A DNA stretch of 64,000 bases from Tubulanus polymorphus. Taxonomy: Eukaryota > Animalia > Nemertea. How positions within the stretch are numbered: position 1 is the first letter of the stretch; every line of letters begins with the position of its first letter. The stretch is taken from contig NC_134032.1 of assembly GCF_964204645.1 (NCBI RefSeq), positions 11,458,275 through 11,522,274 of the forward strand. The letters are read 5' to 3'. This document shows, one piece after another, positions 1-13,757 of the stretch. The notes under the pieces are model-generated. The model was not told the origin of the DNA and ran no database searches. It saw only the letters and a list, made by a program, of their open reading frames with translations. The translations under genes and the position numbers were made by a program.

Positions 1-398
1 ATCGTAAACAATCAATGAATTAGAGCCCGGAAATGACAATTCAAAAACAACTTCTGTTGACCTTGACCTTTGACCTACAGGACCCAACATCTAATCAGTT
101 ATCTATTTGCTCTAGGACAATCCATCAATTTAATTTCACCAAGTTATCTTAAACCATTCATGAGTTATAGCCCGAAAATGAAAATAGCAAAATAACTTCT
201 GGTGACCTTGACCTTAGATCTACAGGACCCGATATGTAAGCAGTCACTGAAGGTCTCTAGGGTAACCCATCCATAAAATTTCAGCAAGTTATCTTAAATC
301 GTTCATGAGTTAGAGCCCGGAAATTAAAAACAGACAGACTGACGACGAAGTGAATATAGTATGCCCGTCTCCCACAACGCGTTGTGGGGGCATAAAAA
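1..398. mobile_element. Non-autonomous Helentron/HINE-like element (partial)
   Basis: Two ~140-bp units containing TGACCTTGACCTT, a (CAGA)n tract, a terminal hairpin CCCACAACGCGTTGTGGG, then an A-run. Confidence 0.5.
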
Positions 399-400
399 TT

Positions 401-1522
401 CAGGGAGGAAAGTCACCATAGAAGAAAAATCCGGAAAATGAACATTTATTCATCTGCCCCACCTTGCGAGCGCCGAAGGCGCGAAGCAACCCTTAAGCCG
501 CGGACACACTGGGCGATTTCGTCGGCCGACGAAATCGCCCAGGCCGCCGATTTTATGACCGATTTGATCGCCGACAGACCCAGACACACTGGGCGATTTC
601 GTCGGCTGACGAAATCGGCGAACAGCGCCGCTTATTTTGAAACGACCAGCTGCTAGCGCCACCTTTAATAAATCAAGAGCCGTGATTGGCTGGTTAATAC
701 GGCGCTCGAGGCGACTGATCGTCGTACCCGGACACACAGGGCGATTCTGTCGCCGGCGACGAAATCGCCGGCGACAGAATCCAACATATTGGATTCAGGC
801 CATTTCGTCGGCCGACTAAATCGCCGAAGGCGATTGCCCGGACACACTGGGCGATTTCGTCGCTTCTTCGGGCGACGAAATCGGGCGACGAAATTTCCCA
901 GTGTGTCCAGGCCTTTAGGGGGTTTGGGGGGCCTCCCCTAAGAAAACTTTTGAAATTACAAGCGTTTTCCGAGCACTAGAGCGATCTTGAACCCATGAAC
1001 GATCACCATATTTTGAAAGTAATGTCCATTTCCAATGCGGCACATCCACATTTCACTAACAATCAGCATCTCAAGCAGTAGAGGTCGAACCCCTAAATAA
1101 GAGAACATTGTGCATTGCGCACCGCGCTTCCCGAATGACTGTATTGAGTATAGACACTCGAGACACGACGACCCTTTGTTTTCTCACTATACATACTCAT
1201 AATAGTGGCTATAAATAGACGTAGCCTACACGTCGTACAAATGAGGTCACGTCACATAGGTGCACGGCTATCACCGAAAGATCGATAATCGTAACAGAAG
1301 GAAATTATACACTTGTTAAACGTCAGTAATAGAATCTAACTGTAAAACGAAATAAATGTTGTCCGATCTGCGGCGCTTTTACAGCCACCGGTACCAACAA
1401 ACTTTCGAATAAACCCTAACACCCCCCTCACATTTTCCCATCGTTTTTAAGCTTTTCAGAAAAATGACCCTGGACTTAAAAAATCCGAAATTCTGGATAA
1501 ATCCGGAAAACTTTCCTCCCTG
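401..1522. mobile_element. hAT-like MITE with a nested insertion
   Basis: TIR CAGGGAGGAAAGT (401) / ACTTTCCTCCCTG (to 1522); no clean TSD seen. Confidence 0.6.
496..914. mobile_element. PIF/Harbinger-like MITE with internal palindromic repeats
   Basis: TIR AGCCGCGGACACACTGGG / CCCAGTGTGTCCAGGCCT; TTA TSD at 493-495 and 915-917; repeated GGACACACTGGGCGATTTCGTCGGCCGACGAAATCGCC. Confidence 0.75.
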
Positions 1523-1770
1523 TAAATTTATTTTTCAGCTTTCAAAAACCTCAGAAATTCTTTATTCAATTAACAAGGGAAAACTGAACGGATGGCAATA
1601 AACGCGAGACTTTGTTTTACGAATGCGCAAAATGAGGTTTTAAAAAATGGAGCCTAAATAAATCGATAATTGAATAAACAAAATGGCTGTTCAAACCAGC
1701 ATTTTGAATGCGCAAAATGTAGTTTTTAAGACTCGCCAAATGAATAGATGAAATCAGTGTTAACGCCTAC

Positions 1771-3348
1771 CTGACTGATCAAAATCTCCACTTGTTCCCG
1801 GTTGTCGATCATGTTGTTGTTGTTGTTGTTGTTGTTGTTGTACAATTGGTTGAGTTGAATAATCTTCATCATCGTCGCTTCCAGAAGATATTTCAACCAG
1901 TTCTATTTTCGTAAGTTTATTTCTAACACCTTCTCTGCAACCTTGGTGATGATGCGATTGTTTGAATGGAAGCGTATTGATATCAGCAGTAATTGAATCA
2001 ATTAATTGTTCACGGTATTCAAGTTCCACTTTTTCGGGATTGGCGGCGCCACTAAAAAGTTCAAATTGTTCAAACAACGGAGAGGAACTTACGATCAATT
2101 CTAATTGTTCTAACGCGTTATCGCAGCTGGAGACCGCTGGGGGCGGGGCCGTCGATAATCCACTTTCACTCGGCTGTTCCACGTAAGTTTCATTTTTATT
2201 TGTCGATGTCGCGTCAACGTTTAATTGTTCACTGCATTTTAGTTCCATTTTTTCATAACTGATGGCGCCATTAAATAGTTCTAATTGTTCAAACGACGGA
2301 GATGAACCTACAATTGGTTCTAATTGTTCTAACTTATCGCAGCTAGAGACCGCCGGGGGCAGGGGTGTCGATAATCCACTTTCGCTCGACTGTTCCACGT
2401 AAGTTTCATTTTTATTTGTTGATGTAGCGTCAACGTTCAATTGTTCACTGTATTTTAGTTCGATGTTTTCGCCACCAGTGGCACTGCTAGACATTTGTAA
2501 CTGTTCAGACGGAGCTGAATTTACGATCGATTCTAATTGTTCTAAGGCGTTATCGCAGCTGGAGACTGCCGGGGGCGGGGCCGTCGATAATCCACTTTCA
2601 CTCAACTGTTCCACGCAAGTTTCATTTTTATTCGTCGATGTCGCGTCAACGTTTAATTGTTCACTGTATTTTAGTTCAATTTTTTCATAACTGGTGGCGC
2701 CACTAAATAGTTCTAATTGTTCAAACGACAGAGATGAACCTACAATTGGTTCTAATTGTTCTAACTTGATATTGCAGCTATTTAATTGTTGCTGCAATGC
2801 AACATTAGTTACCAATGGTTTCAAGCCGATTCCCGATTGTAACGATATTATCGGTGATTCACCACCAGGTGGAGCTGGTTTAACGGGTGTTGTTTGTGTA
2901 ATAGGACGCTGTGATGTCCTCTGTTGTTGAAACTGCATATTAAGATTACGAACACTATTAGCCCGTGATATTTGACGGATTCCGGATTGGTTTCCCATAT
3001 TCATAGGAGGAATGTTCATAGCCGGTGAAACGTGTTGAGGAGGTAAACCTCGTCCTCTTCCGCGACCTCCTCGATTGGGCGTCATTCTCTGTTGAGCTGG
3101 TAACAGACCGATCGGTTGCTGCCCGACAGTCGTCATTGTTTGTGATTGAACTCGTTGCTGCGGTAGCGCCCCCTGTACAGCTGCACTTCCTCTCCGACGT
3201 CTCACAGCTTTTAAAACATTCTGAGCGACAGTTTTTGTTCTACTTTGAACTTCAAATCGTCTTTTTTGTCTGGTTTTTGATTGATTCGTGCCGATGTACA
3301 TAACATCTCCATCTCCGGACATTTGATTCATTTGTCCTCCCGTCTGAC
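1771..3348 (-). CDS. Constant module A, large exon (RGG, ~73-aa repeats, SIM-like acidic tail, polyQ)
   Basis: ORF 1760-3358; acceptor TATTCAG|GT at 3348; phase-1 donor TCAG|GTAGGC at 1771; paralog of C and D. Confidence 0.8.
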
Positions 3349-3499
3349 CTGAATACAAAAAGTATATATTTACAGAGAATAAACCAATATTTAGACAATT
3401 TTAACCCTTTACTATTCCGAAACTGCCTTAGTGATTAGATAATATCAGATTTAACCAATTCAATCGCTGAATTTGAGAATTGAGATTTTAAAGACGAAC

Positions 3500-3649
3500 C
3501 TTTAGTTTGACGTTGAAACATCCATCTAAACCAGGTATTATCATCAGCATCAATAACTAATTCATCTAACCAATCCATGTGTCGACGCAGACAACTTTTG
3601 AATGCATCCTCGTGTACGTGCACCTTCCAGCACTTTCCAGCAGCAACAT
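3500..3649 (-). pseudogene. Constant module A first coding exon with a +2 frameshift
   Basis: ATG to donor is 150 nt versus 148 nt in B, C and D; GAAAGTGCTGGAAGGTGCAC versus GAAGGTGTCGAGGTGCAC. Confidence 0.7.
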
Positions 3650-6600
3650 TTTAACATCAATTCTCTTAATAAACTACAACTGTAAATAGAAAATATTTTT
3701 GAGTTTGGTGGTCTTACTGCAGCTGAGGTCACCTTTCTACAGTGTGGTGCTAGTATCTGCATCATAGGGAAATAATGTCTATGTTAGGTTAGGTAGGGGC
3801 ACACGAGCGTATTTTTTCGCCCGATCGCGGCGAATTTGTAAATCGCCCGAAAAAAATGCTCGTGTGGCCACTCACGGTGACTACGATTTTGTCAATGATT
3901 TTGACGATTTTGAAATGAAAAACATATAATCAAAATAAATTATAAGCCTCCTAATAAATCATAACGTTTTGTTTAATCAAAAGCATCTCGGATCATATCT
4001 ATATTTTTGTTGCTGAAGCTGAAATCTAATCAAGCTGTATCGGGAGATGAGAAAGTATTCTAAGTTCCATACAAACTCTGTCAGAATTTTCAGGATTCAA
4101 AGCCACGACCTAAGGCAAAAAAATTGATACCTTGACCCTCCACTCTTTGCCGAGCTTAAAAGTTGACTCAGTTGACCACCTATCTATCCCTGTACATTAC
4201 TTCTTTAAACCATGATCAATGAAATTTTACCATAACAGACCCGGCAAGTATAGAAATGAACCGATTACAAAGTTTATAACATTTTACAACTCGAAAGTTT
4301 CTGTGCGGTCGGGTTAGCAACAAGTTCGACATTTAAATGAATTATCTATCTATTCTTACACTATGGTAGATCAGTTCGATATTAAAATTCTAATTGAATC
4401 TATTCAAATTCTATTCACTCAAATGTTTAATAAGGATCAAATAGATTCAACAATAAAATTAATCATCTAACTAGCTAGTATCATTCTAGTATTATTTTAC
4501 TAGAATATATATAGACCTAGATATAATATTAACAATATATTTATAAAATTTTCTAAAATATATTGTTAATATTATGTGTATTAATTTCAAATGATACGTA
4601 TTATGATAAGTATCAAAAACGTATTATTTAATGCATAATCTATGATAATTATTTCAAGTACTAATAAATATAAAGATATATTCTTTATGTACTAGAAGTA
4701 CTAAAGACATAAAGACACAGGAGGGTATTATTTGAAATATTTTATATTGATATTATTTCATAAATTCATATTCATATGGAAATTGAAGTCTCAGAAATAA
4801 TTTGGAACCTTTATTTTCTTTTAATTTATTCATATATTCATCATGAATTCAGTAGGTATAGTTTGATTTTCTTCCAGAGATTTTTGCATAGATTTTTTAT
4901 CCTTGTTATATAATAAATAAAAATCCTATATTCTCTCTAAAATCTTTCATAATTGAATTATATTTTTGATTTAAAAGCCGTACTGTTGTTCCAAAATGTC
5001 TACCCGACAACGTATATGTATATTGTACATGTATATGTACATGTATATATGTGTGTATGTATGTGTATACATACGTACATATCTTGTTGAAGCCACAGTA
5101 TAATAGCTACCAAATTTCAGGACGTCATGTATGAAATCGCTACCAAGATGTTTATAAAATAAATTTACCTCTCAAACTGACAAAGCTGAATTATATCACG
5201 AAATGCGAGTGTTGACTAAATCCTGTGCATGCACGCGTGTATATGAAACTTCCAGTTATTCACTCAACACCATCGTCCATTGTCATGATGGTAACATATG
5301 GTTCGATCCTTAATCATTCTAACAATAACTCGATAATTACGTGTAAGCGTGAGTCAGATGTTTTCATGTACAGGCAATATCACAGAGAAATTATCAGGCT
5401 GCTGTTGCTGTTATTCTATTCGATAACTCAGTGAATTTTTCAGCTTTTGCTAACTGTTTATCACATACAATTTCATATCTTGGACATCCTAAATATTTCG
5501 AAAAAAAAGAGAATGTTTTGCGCGTTTGAAACCCTCGATCAACAAAATCGGTGAAGGATTTCCCGTCAAACTCGACAACGTTTTAAATTTCGAAATCGGC
5601 AAAAACCGGCGTTATAGCATTTTCGGTCCAGGCGATTTTGGCCCTAATTTCGCGTTCAAACACATATAATATAATTCACGAACTATTCAACGCAACTATT
5701 CATTGGAAGTTAACGGGATTAGTTTCGTTAGAAGCAGGAAGCTATAAGTAGCTTCCATAATCTACCATGCCTGGATGGATTATCGAAATTGGATGAGAAA
5801 TAACGAGGTAGTAAGCGACCGAAGTTGAGTAGTGTGTGAACGTCATTAGCTCCGTTCTTGTTAGGGTTTTCTGTTACATCACAGAAAACCCTATTGAGAT
5901 TCGCATGTTTCTTATTAGGGTTTCTGCTGCCTTCGCAGAAACCCTATTGTATTCCTATATTCGTTAGCTCCCTTGTTGTTATTTTAGGCTATATAAACTA
6001 TAGTCTGAATACCAGTCGTTGATGTATCACATAGAGGTTAACTCCTGTTAATTGCAATGCAACAACTGATTTTAATGTCATATCATACCTTTGTACTAAA
6101 ATAAATTAATTAGTTACCTTGTTGACTTTGAAAACGTGTTTTATAATAGCATTTTTGTTGATTTAAATCGCGAATGAGTGAATTTATTGATTTGAATTGA
6201 TTGCCACAATCGGGATTTCCAATACAGACTTAATTAATAAAATGTGCAAATTCAATATGTCTCTCAAAAATTACTCTAAATGTTAATTGTTGTTGATAAA
6301 CGCATAAATTTTGGTCAATTTTAACCTTAAGAATTTGAAACAAGAATAATATCTGCATTGGCATCAATGTCAGTCCAAGTTCAAGTCCGAATCCGTAATT
6401 TACACTCCCCTGATGCACCACGAAAAACCGCCATATTTGTTATGTTGCTTCACTTCAACTATTTTTTGAGGCGACTAGTCAAAAGTTTGAGCTACTACGA
6501 TCGTCAAAAGCTACATAGGATTACCAATTTATGCACAAACAATAGTTAACTTCCGTCTGATTACAGAAAAGTCAGTTTGAGGTAAGTTGATGGTGTTTTA

Positions 6601-6738
6601 AGGGGTGAAATAGACGCTCTAAATCTCGTCCCTCAAAATGAGGGACGAAAATTAACCTTATATGAGCACCTTATATGAGCACTTGCCCTAGACGTTGTTT
6701 GGGAACAACGCGGGGCTAGGTACTAGACTATATAAACT

Positions 6739-7186
6739 AGTGGATATTTTGCCAATGCGGCATATTTTAGTAAAAACGCTAATTTGCCAATGGCTTTATA
6801 CAATAGGATATAGTAATAAAATAAGACAATAAAATCATTATATTGGGTGTAGGGTTAGGGTTTCGATAGGGTTAGGGTCTAGAGGGTCCAGAGGGTTAGG
6901 TTTAGGGTGAGGATTAGGGTCTGTTTTTATCCCTAGGGATAGGGTTAGGTAAAGGTGAGGCTATATGTGTAGTGAAAATTACATGTGGTTTTGAGTGAGC
7001 CTGGTGGTCTAGTGGGAATATGTTACGCTAGTAATCTGCTGGTCCGGGTTCGAATCCTCTGTTCTCCACACTTTCCTTGAATTTTCGCACCTCTGTACGC
7101 ATGCGCGGCGTCAATTAGCCAATCAAAACCCACCACTGGCAAAATAGCGTTAACAGGAATAATACCGCATTGGCAAAATATCTACT
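6739..7186. mobile_element. MITE with ~60-bp imperfect TIRs, carrying TTAGGG-like repeats and a tRNA-like segment
   Basis: AGTGGATATTTTGCCAATGCGG ... CCGCATTGGCAAAATATCTACT; degenerate GGGTTA at 6850-6960; A-box TGGTCTAGTGG and B-box GGTTCGAATCC at 7000-7060. Confidence 0.65.
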
Positions 7187-7492
7187 GCCTAAAAACTATA
7201 GACATTGGATTAACGGATTATCGTTTTTACGATTACCTACTACAACTCTGGGTTAAGTGCAGATCCGCACCTCTCGTGATTGACACAATCTGCTGAATGA
7301 CAGAATCCAGGCTAAAATCTTTCTAGTGAAGATATCTTAAATTAACCAATGGCAATGTACTGAATTGCTGAATTTTGAATCTGAAACATCCAATCCAATT
7401 GACCAATTAATGTAATTGGAATTGAATTTGCAATGCCGATATCGTAGATCGTTAAGTCTCCTAACGGGAGAATATCAGTAATACCGACGTAC

Positions 7493-7640
7493 CTGGTACC
7501 AATTACGAGTTATATTCATCAATTCAAAAGCTTAATTAAGCATGAAAACGGCGTTGAAACGTGGCAGCCTCATTCGATTTTCGCTTTCTCAATTGTGCAC
7601 AGCACCAGTCTTTGTAGATGGCGCCAACGTACGGTAGAGC
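7493..7640 (-). promoter_or_regulatory. Putative promoter/non-coding first exon of module A
   Basis: Homologous to 34975-35120 upstream of C; donor CAG|GTACGT; YY1-like AGATGGCGCC. Confidence 0.45.
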
Positions 7641-8405
7641 ACAGTCCATTCAAGTCAAATGTCCTTTATTCAATTTTGATATATATAAATATCGAAATTG
7701 AAATAATTATTTCACGAAAGAGCAGCCGAAGCAAATTACATAAGACAACTACGGAAAGTTGATTCTTACGCACGATCTAGCAATCTCATCAAATTTCCCC
7801 GACTTTTCCCTGAATTTCTTTCACAAAATTCCGTGACAATTCAAGGAAAAGACTCATTATCCCTCACTTTTAGTTACTGATAAGTCACCGCGCTGGGCAC
7901 CGTGCGATTTTATCAAAATACAACAATACATGTTATAAAAATCGAATGTGTTCAGGTCAAAATTATGAACCGTTTTCATGTGCCGTTAGCCTTTAATTTT
8001 CTGCTAAAACGTTGGTGTTCACCCATGACTGGGAATTTTAGATGCGCAACTCGGATGACTCCAAGGTTCAACCGACATCGCCACAGCGCATCCAATAGTC
8101 GATTTGGAGATACCACACTGGTTCGATTACAGTGAAATTGCCATCAGAATCCGGATTCTAATTATCATTTTATGATAACAGAATCGAGCATCGTTTACGT
8201 ACCACATTCAAAAGACAGAACAAGACTCCGTCAGAATCCCACTTGAAAGAGTGCAAGACTCGGTTAAAAACACATGAAAATCTCTCAGTTTTTATTTCAA
8301 TATACATGTACAGTAGTTATTTAGACTTATGAGTTCCAATCATTTTGAATCGAATATAATCATAGGATATAATATTTCACGATAAGAAAATTGATGACAT
8401 CAAAT

Positions 8406-9193
8406 TTATGCATTTCGAGTACAATTCAGTTTTTCGCCGGTGTGAATTCGCTCGTGATACTCACGACTAGCAGGATAAGGAAACCATTTATCACAAAACC
8501 GACATTTGTACTTCTTAGAAACAACAGCCTTGACCTTCCCAATGTTATGAATCAGTCTTTCATGCCGACTAATGCTTGATTTCAGCGTAAAACGTTTCTC
8601 GCACATCGGACATTTGAACGGTTCTACACCAGTGTGAACTCGCCCGTGTTCCTTCAAATGGAGACGAGTTTTCATCCGCTCATCACGAAACCGACATTCA
8701 AGGTCGTTCATTGTAATGAGCCCGTTTCATGTGCAAGTTACAGGATCCTCTCCTGAGTGAAACGTTGATCACACATTTGAACGGTTTTTCAAACGGTGTG
8801 AATTCGCTCATGGACCTTCAAATCTGAGCGATATTTCCTTCGTTTATCGCAAAACTGACAATGAAACGGTCGTTCATTTGTACATCGAAGAACACGTTTC
8901 ATATGCCGATCAAGGTTCAGCGAGAAATGTATCCCGCACGTCGGTTTTTCGCCGATGTGAATTCGCTCGTGTTGTTTAACATCTGCAGCTGAATTGAACC
9001 TGTCATCGCAAAACTGATATCTAAAAAGGTTTTTCATCGATATGAACGCGTTTCATGCGCACATCACATTGTGAAGTGAAACGACGCTCGCAAATCGGAC
9101 ATTTGAACGGTTTTCACTGGTGTAAGTTCGCTCATGGCGTTTGAAACATTTAGATATTTCATTCTCGTTTATCGCAAAACTGATATTTATCGT
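8406..9193 (-). pseudogene. Frameshifted continuation of C2H2 fingers (3' part of B-V2)
   Basis: ZF fragments in different frames (8406-8711, 8789-9037) with broken linkers. Confidence 0.7.
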
Positions 9194-10233
9194 TCATCGG
9201 TATGAACCAGTTTCATGTGCGTTTTTCGGGTCGATTCCGAGCAAAACATTTCTCACACATCGGACATTTCTCATGTGCTCTTTACAATGTGATTTCCTTT
9301 CGAAGCCTCGTCCGCACGTTGGACATTTAAACGGTTTTTCGCCGGTGTGAATTTGCTCGTGTCGGGTCAAATGTTGGCGACATTTCAATCGTTGATCGCA
9401 AAAATGACATTTCAAAAGTCGTTCAGGATGAACCCGTTTCATGTGCAGCGTTAAGTTCGATTTTAGCACAAAACACGATTCACACTTCAGACATTTAAAC
9501 GGTCGTTCATCAGAATGAACGTGTTTCTCGTGGCGTTTACAGGCTTCTTTCAGCGTGAAACATTTCTTGCACATTGGACATTCAAACGGTTTTTCATTGT
9601 TATGAATCAGTTTCATGTGCCGATTACAGTTTCCTTTTTGATTGAAACACAACTCGCACCTCAGACATTTAAACGGTTTTTGGCCGGTGTGAATTTGCTC
9701 GTGTTGTTTCAAATGGCGACTAGTTTTCAAACGTTTATCGCAAAATTGGCATTTAAACGGTCGTTCATCGGTATGAACCAGTCTCATGTGCCCTATACAC
9801 TGTTTTTTCAGTGTGAAACCTCTCTTGCACATCGGACATTTAAACGATTTTTCACCGGTGTGCTCATGTTCCTTAAGATTGGCGCTAGTTTTGAAACGTT
9901 TATCGCAAAACTGACACTGAAATGGTCGTATATTTGTATGAACACGTTTCATATGCCGATTACAGGTCGCTTTCTGCATGAAACGTTTCTCGCACGTCGG
10001 GCATTTAAACGGTTTTTCACTGGTGTGTGTTCGCTCATGTTGTGTATGATCTGCGGTCATCGTCGAGTCAGACCCAGATCGATAGATGACTCCACTAGTA
10101 CTAACAGGGTTGATGTCAACCCCTTTACACCCTGTAGCTACTTTCATTCGACCTTGAGCATTGACCTTTCCAGCGGGCAGATGACTCAGGTCAACAGACG
10201 GCAGTAATTCACACGGCACATCGTATACGACAC
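9194..10233 (-). CDS. Variable exon B-V2, ~9-10 C2H2 fingers, probably truncated by a frameshift
   Basis: Acceptor GGATTCTCTCCCTTCTTTTGTAG|GT at 10233, phase 1, in frame with ORF 9194-10219. Confidence 0.7.
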
Positions 10234-10449
10234 CTACAAAAGAAGGGAGAGAATCCAGATTTTAATTAATGATGGCACATCAACATTTCCGTCACCACAG
10301 TTCGGACCAGTTAGAATTCAACAAATGGCAAAATTAAGGGTATCCGATTTAGGATTCGGACACTGTCCCTTCAAAAGGTTGAAGAAATTACAATATTCCA
10401 ACCAATAGTTGAACTTGAATATATCGCATTTGCGATTTTATCCTCAAAA

Positions 10450-10750
10450 TACAACAATAAAGTTCTAAAAATGTGTCTAGGTAAAAAAACGAACCATTTT
10501 CATGGTTTACTTCCTGCGTTAACATTGTTCGGCCGCACACCGGACATTTAACGGTTTTCACGAGCACTCATGTCGTATAACAATCTCTACGGTTTTTGTC
10601 CATGCAACCTCGACGTAATCAGTCTCCAAAGCTACGAAGTCACCATCCCCGACATATTCCGCTTATTTTCGATCTGTGTCACCATCAATTTCAGGTTGCC
10701 ACGTCAGTCCAATTAAAAAAAAACCATTGAAATAGCCACCAGAATCTGGA
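10450..10750 (-). pseudogene. Relic variable exon (D-V15/C-V7 type)
   Basis: Residual GATTCTGGTGGCTATTT acceptor motif and degenerate KPxKCP coding; a similar relic lies at ~7960-8155. Confidence 0.4.
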
Positions 10751-11058
10751 TTTCAATTTTCCATCTACTGATCACAGAATTAAGCATCGTTTACATGCCG
10801 CATTTAAAAGGCAGAAATAAGACTCCAGATATCTCTGTCAGTGTAAGCATTCCGCTTGGAGGAGTGCAAGAGTCAGTTAAAAACACAAGAAAATCTTTTA
10901 GTTTTCAATTTAATATATAATATTCTACAAGAATTTAAAACATCGAATTATACATTTTGATCCCAAGTAGAGACTTTACCTTATCTTAATTTGATAATTA
11001 ACAAAAGAGCAGAACGTAAGATAACCGATGACCAATCATTATCCGAGGTACATCAAAT

Positions 11059-12472
11059 TTACAAATCAAATGTATTTGGCTGAAAATAATGAATGCGTTT
11101 CATGTGCTGTTTGCAATTTCCTTTCTTATTGAAACGTCGCTTGCACATCGGACATTTGAACGGTTTTTCGCCGGTGTGAATTCGCTCGTGTTGTTTCAAA
11201 TGGTCGTGAGTTTTCGTCTGTTTCTCGCAAAACTGACATTTAAACGGTCGTTCAATGAGATGAATCCGTTTCATGCGCAGCATTTCAGATTGGTTAAGAT
11301 TGGTTTCAGCGCGAAACATGATTCATGCATCGGAAATTTAAATGGTCGGACGTTCATTTGTATGAACACCTTTTATATGCCGATTACAGTTCTATGACTG
11401 CGTGAAACATTTCTCGCATGTCGGACATATAAACGGTTTTTCACCGGTGCACACTTGCTCCGTGTCGTTTAATATCTGCAGCGGTAATGAACCTGTCATC
11501 GTGAAACGGACATTTAAACGGTTTTCATTGATATGAACCAGTTTCATGGGCGCGTCACTTTGTGATTTAACTGTGAAACAATGCTTGCACATCGGACATT
11601 TGAATGGTTTTGGTGTGTATGTGCTCGTGACGTTTCAAATCTTTAACGGTCGTTCATCGGCATTAATCGGTCTCATGTGCTGTTTACAGTTCTTTTTCAG
11701 CGTGAAACCTCTCTTGCGCGTCAGACATTTAAACGGTTTTTCACCGGTGCGAATTTTCGCTCATGTTCCTTAAGATGGGCGCGAGTTTTCAAACGTTTAT
11801 CGCAAAACTGGCATTTAAACGGTCGTTCATCGGGATGAACATGTTTCAAGTGCGCGTAACTGTGTGATTTCTGTTTGAAATGTAGCTCGCACATCGGACA
11901 TTTAAACGGTTTTTTCGCCGGTGTGAATTCGCTCATGTTCCTTAAGATGGGCGCGAGTTTTGAAACGTTTATCGCAAAACTGGTATTTAAACGGTCGTAC
12001 ATCGGTATGAAACAGTCTCATGTGCTGTTTACAGTACCTTTTCAGCGTGAAACCTTTCTTGCATGTCAGACATTTAAACGATTTTTCACTGGTGTGTATT
12101 AGCTCGTGTCCCTTGAGATTGGCGCGAGTTTTAAAACGTTTATCGCAAAACTGACACTGTAATGGTCGTATATTTGTATGAAAACGTTTCATATGCCGAT
12201 TACAGTTCACTTTGTGCATGAAACGTTTCTCACACGTCGGACATTTAAACGGTTTTTCACTTGTTAGTATTCTGTTGTGTTCAGCGCGATCCGTATTCAT
12301 CAACTGTTTAGACTTATGTTTATAGGTGGCTCCACTAGCACTACCAGGCTCGATGTCAACCCCTTCAAATCCTGTTGTGATATTAAATCGACCTTGACCA
12401 TTGAACTTTCCAGGGGGCAGACGACTCAGTTCAACAGACGGTTGTAGCTCACGCGTTAGTTGTATCCGACAC
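11059..12472 (-). pseudogene. Variable exon B-V1, multi-finger, pseudogenised
   Basis: Acceptor CTCTTTGTAG|GT at 12472, but phase-1 reading hits TAA at codon 6; several further frameshifts. Confidence 0.8.
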
Positions 12473-12899
12473 CTACAAAGAGTTGTGAGAGAATCCAAAT
12501 TTTAATTTAGCTTACCATCATTTCATATATTTCCACCACCGCAATTCGGACTAGTTACATTACAATTCAACAACTTGCAAAATTTCGGGTTGGACACTGT
12601 CCCTACTACTCAATAGAAACTAAATTCAGTGTAAACTAGAATTTATTTCTTGTTCCTTTTATCATCAAAATAGAAAACACCGTTCCAAAAATAAAATATG
12701 TCCAGGACAAAATTATGAACTGTTTACACAAAATCGGCATCTCATTTTTGTGGATTTGTCTCCATGGATTTGTCATTATTGGACGCAGTGATATTTGCCT
12801 GTTACGCCGCTATTGGTTTTTCCTTGCGACACAGTATTTTTACGTTTGATGACCAGACACCGCATCTAAGAAGTGGTCAGTTCCCATGGTCCATCGGTG

Positions 12900-13430
12900 A
12901 AAGCACCACCTGCAAAGACCCACAAGAACTGACGATGTCGACGATTCGACGAAGGGGGCGTTTCATCAACTTGAACACGAAATGCCGGTTCGATGAGAAA
13001 AACAAGATATTTCGCATCCTTGGAAAAAACGATGAGACCTAGAAAACTCATATAAAGTAATCGGTTGCACAGGAAGGTTATAAAGTGCGTTTGTTCTAGT
13101 ACTCAACTTTCCTTGACGAGAACAAAAAACTGGGTAACGAAAATTCCACAACATTTATCAAATATCGAGACGATAAGTCAATATTTTTCTCAAAAACCAT
13201 TTTCTATCTACAAACGAAGACCGATGACACTGAGATGACTGCTGATTGCATCACGCCGCTTGACTGATGGAAAAACCTCTTCCCAAAGTATACCCATCAG
13301 AAATTTCAATGAAAAATGGCATACTATTTGGAAGCTGCAGCTCTCGGAATTCAGGGCAAGAATTACCTTTTCAGGCACAAAATAGGTCACCCACAGCTCT
13401 TGTGTGTCTAATCGACCCAATTGTACTCAT
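12900..13430 (+). mobile_element. Possible degenerate Penelope-like retroelement fragment
   Basis: Conceptual translation includes PFSIYKRRPMTLR*LL ... CVSNRPNC, resembling the PLE RT-endonuclease linker; contains stops. Confidence 0.3.
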
Positions 13431-13757
13431 GCTGATGTGCTATAGGGGTTTAAAAACATACGTGAAAGATCAAAATATTGATTGAAGCGTCTTAAAAATC
13501 AAAACTTCAAGAATACGTAAAAACATTGAAACCATTCTTCGAAACTTCCAGATATAACTGGATTCCATATACTGATGAAAAGTGAACGCAATTGCCGGCA
13601 GCTACTAAAAGTCCCAAGTGGGCTAAAAACCCTAAATTCTTCATACAATGAACAAACTGGACCAGGGGCAAACTTATTAAGATGCTTGCTTTTTCAACAA
13701 ATTTGGTCTTTAAAACTCAACCATATATGAATAGGTAAGATCACTGTTCTCACCTAC

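Noticed and set aside
438-847. Short overlapping ORFs
   Set aside because: They lie within a GC-rich palindromic MITE.
6995-7070. Functional tRNA gene
   Set aside because: A/B boxes are present but stems are imperfect, and it lies inside a TIR element.
9515-10207. Antisense ORFs over ZF and constant exons (also 32579-33106, 50490-50855, 52136-52549 and others)
   Set aside because: Shadow frames of repetitive coding sequence with no independent signals.
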